Below are positions 8,787 to 15,892 of a stretch of DNA of 60,507 bases, in pieces. A model generated the notes under the pieces. The model searched no databases and was not told the DNA's origin. It saw only the letters and a program-made list of their open reading frames with translations. Source of the DNA: Acidobacteriota bacterium (GTDB lineage Bacteria; Acidobacteriota; Vicinamibacteria; Vicinamibacterales; CAVVIG01); the NCBI GenBank assembly GCA_028876655.1, contig JAGWRA010000189.1, positions 1 through 60,507 of the forward strand. The letters are read 5' to 3'. A program made the position numbers and the translations under genes. The number at the start of each line of letters is the position of its first letter. Positions within the stretch are counted from its first letter, which is position 1.

Positions 8787-8870
8787 GTTGCCGGTCCAAG
8801 CGGCAACGGGGTGGCTATCGAGATCCGGAGCGTGAGCGACGGCAGCGCGTGGGGGTGGGGCCCCGCGCGC
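8787..8870 (+). repeat. 84-nt two-hairpin interspersed element, copy A (between the sigma and anti-sigma genes)
   Basis: Hairpin 1 is GTTGCCG-N7-CGGCAAC (8787-8807). The core GATCCGGAGCGTGAGCGACGGCAGCGC is identical to 11443-11469. Hairpin 2 is GCGCGTGGGG-gtgggg-CCCCGCGCGC (8845-8870). The element aligns without gaps to 11408-11491. Confidence 0.8.
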
Positions 8871-8895
8871 AGTGATATAAGGTGACCGAGTGGCG

Positions 8896-9651
8896 ATGAT
8901 CTCCTGCGGCGATCTCGACGAGCTGGCCACGCCGTATCTCGACGGCGAGGCGATGCCCGTCGCCCGCCAGGCCGTCGACGAGCATCTCGCGGTCTGCCCG
9001 CCGTGCCGCGATCGGCTCGCAGCGGAAGGGACGGCGAGGACGATCGTGCACGAACGCCGGCCGGCCCTCTGCGCCGTGACGGCGCCGCCCGGGCTGCGAG
9101 CCCGCTGTGCCGGTGCGGCGGCCCGCTCCGCGCCGCGGCCGGGGCTGCGGCGCCTGTTCGTCCCGATGTCGGCGGCGGCCACGCTGCTGCTGGTCGTGGG
9201 CGGGCTCATCGTCTACGCCGCCAACAGCCGGTCGGCGACCGTGCTGGCGGCGCAGCTCACGCTGGACCACATGAAGTGCTTCGCGCTGCAGCCCTCCGAC
9301 GCGCCGCCGGTCGACACCGCCTCGATCGATCGGGCGTTCGATGCGCGGTTCGGCTGGAACGTCGACGTGCCGCAGGGCGGGGGGGCGGCCCCCATCCAGC
9401 TGGTGGGGGCGCGGCGCTGCTTCTACGCCGACGGGGCGGTGGCCCACCTGCTGTACCGGCACGACGGGCACGACGTGTCGCTGTTCCTGCTGCCGCACAC
9501 GGCCAGGCCGGAGGGGCTGGTCCACGTAATGGGCCACGAGACGATGATCTGGCCGGAGCGGGACTGGACGTGCGTGCTCGTCGGCCAGGAACCGCCGGCG
9601 GAAATGCAGCGGATCGCGGCGTACGTCCGCGACAGCCTGCACGGACACTGA
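8896..9651 (+). CDS. zinc-binding anti-sigma factor (ZAS type), membrane-spanning
   Basis: HLAVCPPCRDRL gives the H-x3-C-x2-C motif. One hydrophobic segment, AAATLLLVVGGLIVYAA. Located downstream of the ECF sigma gene. A GTG at 8890 is an alternative start. Confidence 0.7.
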   Translation: MISCGDLDELATPYLDGEAMPVARQAVDEHLAVCPPCRDRLAAEGTARTIVHERRPALCAVTAPPGLRARCAGAAARSAPRPGLRRLFVPMSAAATLLLVVGGLIVYAANSRSATVLAAQLTLDHMKCFALQPSDAPPVDTASIDRAFDARFGWNVDVPQGGGAAPIQLVGARRCFYADGAVAHLLYRHDGHDVSLFLLPHTARPEGLVHVMGHETMIWPERDWTCVLVGQEPPAEMQRIAAYVRDSLHGH

Positions 9652-9712
9652 CCGGTCCGGCCGCCGATCGCGGCGGCGCGGCCGAGACCGCATCAGGGAA
9701 GAGGATGGACCG

Positions 9713-10246
9713 ATGACGAGACGGAGCATCTGGATCGGCGTTGCCGCGGTGGCCCTGCTGCTGGCGGGGAGCGGCTTGTCGGCCCGCACGGCGGCGGCCG
9801 CGAAGCGGCCGGCGGTGTGCGAGGCCGGCGGCAAACCGGCCGACCTGAACTTCACGCTGAAGGACATGCACGGCAAGCCGGTGCACCTGAGCGCCTACAA
9901 GGGGCAGGTGATCGTCCTGGACTTCTGGGCGACGTGGTGCGGTCCGTGCAAGCTCGAGATCCCCGGCTTCGTCGAGCTGCAGGCGAAGTACGCGAAGCGG
10001 GGCTTCACGGTGCTCGGCGTGTCGATCGACGACAAGGCGCCGCTGCTGCCCCCCTTCGCGAAGGAATTCAAGATGAACTATCCGGTGCTGGTGGGCCTCG
10101 GCGAGCAGAAGTTCCAGGACGCGTACGGCCCGATGTGGGCCGTGCCGACGACCTTCGTGATCGGGCGCGACGGCACGATCTGCCGCAAACACATCGGCAT
10201 CTCCTCCATCCAGGAGTTCGAGCGGGAGATCCAGGCGCTGCTCTAG
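9713..10246 (+). CDS. TlpA/ResA-family thiol-disulfide oxidoreductase
   Basis: Signal/anchor segment followed by VIVLDFWATWCGPCKLEIP (thioredoxin WCxxC motif). Confidence 0.85.
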   Translation: MTRRSIWIGVAAVALLLAGSGLSARTAAAAKRPAVCEAGGKPADLNFTLKDMHGKPVHLSAYKGQVIVLDFWATWCGPCKLEIPGFVELQAKYAKRGFTVLGVSIDDKAPLLPPFAKEFKMNYPVLVGLGEQKFQDAYGPMWAVPTTFVIGRDGTICRKHIGISSIQEFEREIQALL

Positions 10247-10323
10247 TGCGTCCTGTAGTAAGATCGCAGGTGACCGGTGGCCCCGGCAGATCGGCCGCCA
10301 CCGGCGGCAGGGAGCGACGCATC

Positions 10324-10545
10324 ATGAAGGGATTTACGCACGCACGACTCGCCTGTGGATGCCGGGTGGCGTTCCGCGAGGGTGTGCAGGGCAGTCCGGT
10401 CACCGTGGTGATCGACGAGAAGTCGCCCGCGTGCCGGCTCCCGCTGCACGTCCGCGACCTGCCGGTGTTCGACTACCGCGAGGCGTTGCGGCCGTCGACC
10501 CGCCTGGGGTTCCCGGGCGAAGAGGAATACGAGGAAGAGGGGTAG
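10324..10545 (+). CDS. hypothetical small protein (73 aa, acidic C-terminus)
   Basis: ATG preceded by GGGAG. Third codon positions are strongly G/C as in neighbouring genes. No recognisable domain. Confidence 0.35.
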   Translation: MKGFTHARLACGCRVAFREGVQGSPVTVVIDEKSPACRLPLHVRDLPVFDYREALRPSTRLGFPGEEEYEEEG

Positions 10546-10578
10546 CCCCGGCGGGGTGGCGTCGCGTGCCCGGTTGAC

Positions 10579-10598
10579 GGCCCGGTGGATTCCGGGCC
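10579..10598 (+). terminator. hairpin GGCCCGG-tggatt-CCGGGCC
   Basis: 7-bp perfect stem followed by GTTCGTGTGT. It lies between converging genes. Confidence 0.4.
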
Positions 10599-10630
10599 GT
10601 TCGTGTGTACGGGGTCCGCGGAACGGCCCG

Positions 10631-11362
10631 CTAGAACCTGATCCGCAGATCGGCGACCAGCGGCAGATGGTCGGAGGCGACCAGCGCCATGCGCGAGCGG
10701 GGGAGGTCGAGTTTCTGGACCTCCACGCGTCCCGCATAGTAGATGTGGTCGAGGTGCAGGATCGGGAAGAACCCCGGGTAGGTCCGCCGCCGCTGCAGGT
10801 GTGAACGGAGGTCGATGCTCTTCAGCCGGTCGCTGAGCAGCGTCGTCGTCAGCCCCTTCATCCATTCGTTGAAGTCGCCCAGGACCACTTTCGTCCCCGC
10901 GACCCGCCGATCGCCGACGAGGCCGGCCAGCCGCTCGGCCTGGTACTGCCGTTCGAGATAGGCGGTGCCGAGGTGGACGTTGTACAGGTGCAGCGTGTGC
11001 CCATGGACGTCGAGGTCCGTCCGCTGCAGGCAGCGCGGCTCGCAGGTCTTCCAGGTGAGGTCGTACTGGAGGTGCTGCCGGATCGGAAAGCGGCTGAGGA
11101 CGACGTTGCCGAACAGGCGGCCGCGCAGCCGGCGGGCCGGCGCCATCGCCCAGCCCATGGCGAGCGCCGCACCGATCTCCTCGGCATGGCCGCCGCCGTC
11201 CTGGCCGGCGCCGACGACCTCCTGCAGGGCCACGATGTCAGCGTCCACCTGGGCCAGCACGGCCGCAATCCGGTCGGGACGGGTCCGCCCGTCCAGCCCG
11301 CGGCAGCGGTGCACGTTATAGGTGGCGACGCGGAGGGTGCGTCCCGGCGGCGTCTCGGTCAC
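10631..11362 (-). CDS. endonuclease/exonuclease/phosphatase (EEP) family protein
   Basis: LRVATYNVHRCRGLDGRTRPDRIAAVLAQVDADIVALQEV and C-terminal SDHLPLVADL are typical EEP motifs. Start set at the GTG at 11362; the longer ORF runs through the repeat element. Confidence 0.8.
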   Translation of the reverse strand: MTETPPGRTLRVATYNVHRCRGLDGRTRPDRIAAVLAQVDADIVALQEVVGAGQDGGGHAEEIGAALAMGWAMAPARRLRGRLFGNVVLSRFPIRQHLQYDLTWKTCEPRCLQRTDLDVHGHTLHLYNVHLGTAYLERQYQAERLAGLVGDRRVAGTKVVLGDFNEWMKGLTTTLLSDRLKSIDLRSHLQRRRTYPGFFPILHLDHIYYAGRVEVQKLDLPRSRMALVASDHLPLVADLRIRF

Positions 11363-11369
11363 TGAGGCT

Positions 11370-11375
11370 ATGATA
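11370..11375 (-). promoter_or_regulatory. candidate -10 box (TATCAT) giving a leaderless transcript for the EEP gene
   Basis: On the minus strand the sequence reads CCCGTATCAT-agcctca-GTG. This resembles CCCGTATAAT-gccgcc-GTG at 47-64. Confidence 0.3.
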
Positions 11376-11407
11376 CGGGAAAGCCGTCCGGCTTGCGGTT
11401 CGGCGGG

Positions 11408-11491
11408 CTGGCCAGTCCAGGCGGCCACCCCGTGAATCGCAGGATCCGGAGCGTGAGCGACGGCAGCGCATGGGGGTGGGGCCCCATGCGA
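11408..11491 (+). repeat. 84-nt two-hairpin interspersed element, copy B (upstream of 11513..11818)
   Basis: Gap-free alignment to 8787-8870. Hairpin 2 is CGCATGGGG-gtgggg-CCCCATGCG, a perfect 9-bp stem. Confidence 0.8.
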
Positions 11492-11512
11492 ATTGAAGAA
11501 TGAGGCACGGCT

Positions 11513-11818
11513 ATGGCGAAGCTGCAATCCGAGATCGAGGTGCCGTGCCCGACCTGCGGCACGACGCTGGTCATCGACCTGAACCTGGGGCGGGTGGTCG
11601 GCCATCGCGAGGCCGAGCGGCCCGGCAGCCGGCCGGAGCTGAGCGACGCGCAGCGCATCCTCGCCGAGGAAGCGGCACGCCGCGAGGCGATCTTCCAGCA
11701 GTCGGTGGCCAGCGAGAAGACGCGGGGCGACGCGCTGGCGAAGCGGTTCGAAGAGGCGCTCCGGCAGGCGAAGGAAGAGCCGGTCACGCGCCCGGAGCGC
11801 GATTTCGATCTGGACTGA
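11513..11818 (+). CDS. hypothetical protein with an N-terminal CPxC zinc-ribbon-like motif and a charged helical tail
   Basis: MAKLQSEIEVPCPTCGTTLVIDLN. ATG preceded by GAGG. Coding-like codon bias. Confidence 0.5.
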   Translation: MAKLQSEIEVPCPTCGTTLVIDLNLGRVVGHREAERPGSRPELSDAQRILAEEAARREAIFQQSVASEKTRGDALAKRFEEALRQAKEEPVTRPERDFDLD

Positions 11819-12488
11819 GCCCCCGGAATCCTCCTGGCAGCTCCGACCACGTCTCGCGGCCCGGATAGTCCACGGGCCGCCGGTCCGGGTACTGCGCCTT
11901 GAACGCGCGGTACCAGGCGCGCAGCCGCTCGACGCGCCGGTCGGACGTGCGGATCGGCCGGTGCGGGTAGTCGAGCAGCAGCCGTTCCGCCTTCCAGACG
12001 TTCCGCTTCGAGAACCGCCAGTCGTACCCGCCCGCCAGCCGCATGTCGACGACGGCGTACCCGGTGATGCGGCCGGTGAAATCGATGTACGGGTCGACGT
12101 AGCTGAGCGCCAGCGCGCGCGCCGTGCGGAAGACCGGCCGGCGCCCGTGCAGCCCCGGGTCGCGCGACCGCGCGACCGAACCCCACCGATCCCCCCGCCG
12201 GTAGACGAACAGCGTGTGATCCAGGTCGTCGATCGATTCGAAGCTCAGGATGAGCGGCGGGTAGCCGTGCTGCTCCATGATGACGGCCGCGGTGAGCGCC
12301 GCCTCGAAGCAGTGGGCCGTGCGCGTCCGGACGACCTCGCGGAAGCTGCGGAGCGTGATGCCGTCCGGCTCGGTGTTGTAGCGCAGCCCGTTCAGGAAGT
12401 GCTGGACGCGCGCCGGCGTCGACAGCCGGCGGATGAGCGCCCGCTCGCGGGGCAGGAAGGCCGACAGGGGTGGCGACGAGAAGGTCAC
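11784..12488 (-). CDS. hypothetical protein, possibly a transglutaminase/papain-like Cys-His fold
   Basis: Candidate catalytic residues lie in AHCFEAAL and LDHTLFVY. The GTG start overlaps the SCO stop (GTGA), which suggests translational coupling. Confidence 0.5.
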   Translation of the reverse strand: MTFSSPPLSAFLPRERALIRRLSTPARVQHFLNGLRYNTEPDGITLRSFREVVRTRTAHCFEAALTAAVIMEQHGYPPLILSFESIDDLDHTLFVYRRGDRWGSVARSRDPGLHGRRPVFRTARALALSYVDPYIDFTGRITGYAVVDMRLAGGYDWRFSKRNVWKAERLLLDYPHRPIRTSDRRVERLRAWYRAFKAQYPDRRPVDYPGRETWSELPGGFRGLSPDRNRAPGA

Positions 12489-13348
12489 CGCGCGGGCGTC
12501 GCCCCGGTGAGGTCGGCGAGCACCTGGTCGGGCGTCCAGGTGTTGCCGTCGTAGATCTTCACGAGCCGCCCGTCGGGATCGACGATGGCCGTCCGCAGGC
12601 TGTGCGTGATGAGGCCCGCGCCGGCGTCGCCCGGCGTGCGGATCACGGAGACGCCGAACTCGCCGGCGATCTCGTCGATCGTCGCCGGCGTGCCGGTGGC
12701 GAAGGTCCAGACCGCCGGGTCGGCCCCGAGCGCGCGCGCGTGGGCCTCGAGCACCGGCGGCGTGTCGTGGTCCGGGTCGAAGCTCACCGACAGCAGCCGG
12801 ACGCGGCCGCGCAGCGAGGGGCGCGCCGCGATGGCGCGCTGCAGCGCGGCGAAGTGACGGTCCATCAGCGGGCAGTAGTCCGGCAGCGGGCAGCGGGTGT
12901 AGATGAACGTGAGGACGAGCATCCGGCCGCGGAAGGCGGAGAAGCGCCGGGATCGGCCGTCCTGATCGACGAGCGTCGCCTCGGGCACCGTCTGGCCCGG
13001 TTCGAGCGGCAGGACCGCCGGGGCGGCGATCGCGCCGGGCAGGGGCATCGAGCCGACCGTGGTGAGCGCGGTGAGGTACGAGGCGGTCGGCGTGACGACC
13101 AGCGTGCCGTTCACCAGGTCGCCCGGCTGCTTGCCGGCGAGGAGGGTGGAGGGCCGGGCCTTGAAGGGCATGGTCATCGCGCCCATCAGGCCCGGGATCT
13201 CCTCGTGCCGGATGGTGACGTCCTGCGTCGTCGGGTTGACCGCCAGGATCTGACCCTCGATGCGGTACTGGTGTGCGAGCGGGCGGTGCTGGCAGGCGGC
13301 CGCCGCGGTCGCGAGCAGCAGGACGGCGGACAACCGGCGGCGCATCAT
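12485..13348 (-). CDS. SCO1/SenC family copper chaperone with an N-terminal CusF-like metal-binding domain
   Basis: LVLTFIYTRCPLPDYCPLM gives the SCO CxxxC motif. The N-terminal IEGQILAVNPTTQDVTIRHEEIPGLMGAMTMPF resembles CusF-type domains. Start at 13348 (MMRRRLSAVLLLA, signal-like). Confidence 0.8.
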   Translation of the reverse strand: MMRRRLSAVLLLATAAAACQHRPLAHQYRIEGQILAVNPTTQDVTIRHEEIPGLMGAMTMPFKARPSTLLAGKQPGDLVNGTLVVTPTASYLTALTTVGSMPLPGAIAAPAVLPLEPGQTVPEATLVDQDGRSRRFSAFRGRMLVLTFIYTRCPLPDYCPLMDRHFAALQRAIAARPSLRGRVRLLSVSFDPDHDTPPVLEAHARALGADPAVWTFATGTPATIDEIAGEFGVSVIRTPGDAGAGLITHSLRTAIVDPDGRLVKIYDGNTWTPDQVLADLTGATPAR

Positions 13349-13457
13349 CGGTTCACTGTAGCGCGCCCGCGCGGTCGGGTAAAGCGCCGGACGCGCACCG
13401 CGGGAACGCGGCGGCGCCTGGCCGCGGCCGGAAAGAGGCTGGTCGGCGGGCCGGCTT

Positions 13458-13466
13458 TGGTATACT
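13458..13466 (+). promoter_or_regulatory. extended -10 promoter element TGgTATACT
   Basis: TGG-TATACT seen directly about 150 nt upstream of the RRM gene start. This implies a long 5' UTR. Confidence 0.45.
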
Positions 13467-13619
13467 GGAACATCCACGCATGAGAGCCCCTGCAGATGCT
13501 GTCACGTGTCCGCGCTGCAGCATTCGAGAGAGCTTTCCAGGCGGGCGGGCGTTCCTGGCGCGGGGACCGCTCTGCCGAAAGATAACCGCGCGGAATTCCG
13601 GTCAGGAGTGAGTGACAGC

Positions 13620-13958
13620 ATGGGTCGGAGACTGTATGTGGGCAACCTTCCGTACAAGGCCACGGATGAAGAGCTGAACGAGCTGTTCAGCCGGGCCGGC
13701 ACCGTCGACAACGTGCGCGTGATGCGCGACATGGCCACGGGGCGGGCGCGCGGGTTCGCGTTCGTCGAGATGGCGAGCGACGAGGACGCCCAGAAGGCGA
13801 TCAACGAATTCCACCAGTACGAGATGGACGGGCGCCAGCTCGTCGTGAACGAAGCCCGGCCCAAGCCCGAGGGGGGCCGCGGATTCGGCGGCGGCGGCGG
13901 CGGACGCGACTTCGGCGGCGACTACTCCGGCGGCCGCCGGCGCGAGCCGCGCTGGTAG
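13620..13958 (+). CDS. RNA-binding protein (RRM domain with a Gly/Arg-rich tail)
   Basis: RNP2 LYVGNL and RNP1 RGFAFVEM. AGGAG upstream of the ATG. Confidence 0.9.
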   Translation: MGRRLYVGNLPYKATDEELNELFSRAGTVDNVRVMRDMATGRARGFAFVEMASDEDAQKAINEFHQYEMDGRQLVVNEARPKPEGGRGFGGGGGGRDFGGDYSGGRRREPRW

Positions 13959-13987
13959 CGCGCCCGCCTCGACTGCGATCCCACGAG

Positions 13988-14052
13988 AGCCGGTGATCGA
14001 CGCCTCGTCCGGCGCGGCCTCACGGCGGCGCCGGGCGCGCCGGTCACCGGCT
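13988..14052 (+). terminator. nested hairpin downstream of the RRM gene
   Basis: Outer stem AGCCGGTGA/TCACCGGCT (9 bp) encloses CCGGCGC/GCGCCGG (7 bp). It is followed by TTCGGCTT. Confidence 0.45.
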
Positions 14053-14066
14053 TTCGGCTTCCTGCG

Positions 14067-14768
14067 ATGATCTGGGTCGGCACTTCCGGCTACAACTACC
14101 CCGAGTGGAAGGGGAGTTTCTATCCCGCCAGCCTGTCGGCGGCGAAGATGCTCCCGTACTATGCGGCGCGCTTCCCGACCGTCGAAATCAACTACACGTT
14201 CTATCGCGTGCCGACCGCGAAGACGCTGGCCGGCTGGGCGGCCGCCACGCCGTCGCCGTTCCGGTTCACGCTGAAGGCGCCGCGTCGGATCACGCACGAC
14301 AGCCGCCTGCGGAACGTGGCCGATCTCACGCGCCACTTCTGCGAGCTGGCGGCCGGCCTCGGTCCGAAACTGGGCGCGCTGCTGTTCCAGCTGCCGCCGT
14401 CGTTCCGCAAGGACGCGGCCACGCTGGACGCATTCCTCGACACCCTGCCGCCCGGCGCCCCGGCGGCCTTCGAGTTCCGCCACGCGTCGTGGTTCGACGC
14501 GGAGATCCTCGACCGGCTGCGGGCGCGCGGCGTCGCGTTGTGCGTCGCCGAGAGCGAGACGCTCGCCGCGCCGGTGGCCGTGACCGCCGACTACGCGTAC
14601 TTCCGCCTCCGCGACGAAGGCTACACGCCGAAGGATCTGAAGCGCTGGGCCGACACCATCCGCCGCGAGACCGCCGCCTGCCGCGACGTCTTCGTCTATT
14701 TCAAGCACGAGGAAGCCGGCACGGGACCCGCGTTCGCGAAGAGGCTGATGGAGTACCTCGGGATCTGA
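14067..14768 (+). CDS. DUF72 (UPF0759) family protein
   Basis: MIWVGTSGYNYPEWKGSFYP and FPTVEINYTFYR are signature DUF72 segments. Confidence 0.85.
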   Translation: MIWVGTSGYNYPEWKGSFYPASLSAAKMLPYYAARFPTVEINYTFYRVPTAKTLAGWAAATPSPFRFTLKAPRRITHDSRLRNVADLTRHFCELAAGLGPKLGALLFQLPPSFRKDAATLDAFLDTLPPGAPAAFEFRHASWFDAEILDRLRARGVALCVAESETLAAPVAVTADYAYFRLRDEGYTPKDLKRWADTIRRETAACRDVFVYFKHEEAGTGPAFAKRLMEYLGI

Positions 14769-14833
14769 GACGTCCGACGTCCCGCCCGTCCGGAGTCGTG
14801 CCCGATCCGGAATCATTCTGAATGGAGCCCTTT

Positions 14834-15856
14834 ATGCCGACCATGCGTGCTGCCCTCATCTCCAGAGCCAACGGGCCGTTCGATCTCGTCGAGCGCCCGA
14901 TTCCCGCGCCCGGCCCCGGGGCGGTCCGCATCCGCGTGGAGGCCTGTGGCATCTGCCACAGTGACGCGTTCACGAAGGAGGGGACGTTTCCCGGCGTGAC
15001 GTACCCGCGCGTGCCGGGTCACGAAGTGGCGGGTGTCATCGATGCCGTCGGCGCCGGCGTCACCGGATGGCAGGCAGGCGACCGGGTTGCGGTCGGCTGG
15101 CACGGCGGGCACTGCGGCCACTGCGAGTCGTGCCGGCGCGGCGACTTCGTGACCTGTCAGGTCTCCCCGCAGGTACCCGGTATCACCTACGACGGCGGCT
15201 ATGCCGAGTACATGGTGGCGCCAACCGGCGCCCTTGCGCGCAGCCCCGACGGACTGTCGGCCGTCGAGGCCGGGCCGCTGATGTGCGCCGGGATCACCAC
15301 GTTCAACGCGCTGCGCCACAGCGGCGCCCGCGCGGGAGACACGGTCGCGGTGCTCGGCATCGGCGGCCTGGGGCACCTGGGCGTGCAGTTCGCCGCGCGG
15401 ATGGGGTACCGTACCGTCGCCATCGCGCGCGGCACCGACAAGGAGGCACTGGCCCGCCAGCTCGGCGCCTCGCACTACATCGACAGCCGGACGCAGGACC
15501 CGGCCGCCGAGCTGCTGAAGCTGGGCGGCGCGCGCGTGATCCTGGCGACGGTCACCAGCGGCCCGGCCATGACGGCCGCCCTGGGCGGCCTCGGCCTGAA
15601 CGGCACCCTGCTCATCGTCGGCGCGGCGCTCGAGCCGATCGAGGTGCCGCCGCTGCTGCTCATCGGCGGCCGCCGCTCGGTGGCCGGCTGGCCGTCGGGA
15701 TCGGCGATCGATTCGCAGGACACGCTGCGCTTCAGCGAGCTGACGGGGGTCCGTCCGATGAACGAGGTCTATCCGCTGTCGAAAGCCGCCGAGGCGTACG
15801 AGCGGATGATGAGCGGGCAGGCGCGCTTCCGGGTCGTGCTGACACCGGATCGGTAG
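14834..15856 (+). CDS. zinc-dependent alcohol dehydrogenase family oxidoreductase
   Basis: VEACGICHSD and PGHEVAGVI zinc-ligand motifs, plus the GIGGLGH Rossmann motif. The ATG at 14834 has GGAG 6 nt upstream; 14822 and 14843 are alternative starts. Confidence 0.85.
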   Translation: MPTMRAALISRANGPFDLVERPIPAPGPGAVRIRVEACGICHSDAFTKEGTFPGVTYPRVPGHEVAGVIDAVGAGVTGWQAGDRVAVGWHGGHCGHCESCRRGDFVTCQVSPQVPGITYDGGYAEYMVAPTGALARSPDGLSAVEAGPLMCAGITTFNALRHSGARAGDTVAVLGIGGLGHLGVQFAARMGYRTVAIARGTDKEALARQLGASHYIDSRTQDPAAELLKLGGARVILATVTSGPAMTAALGGLGLNGTLLIVGAALEPIEVPPLLLIGGRRSVAGWPSGSAIDSQDTLRFSELTGVRPMNEVYPLSKAAEAYERMMSGQARFRVVLTPDR

Positions 15857-15892
15857 CGCGAGGGGGCCGGCCGCGGCGCCGGACGTCGGATG

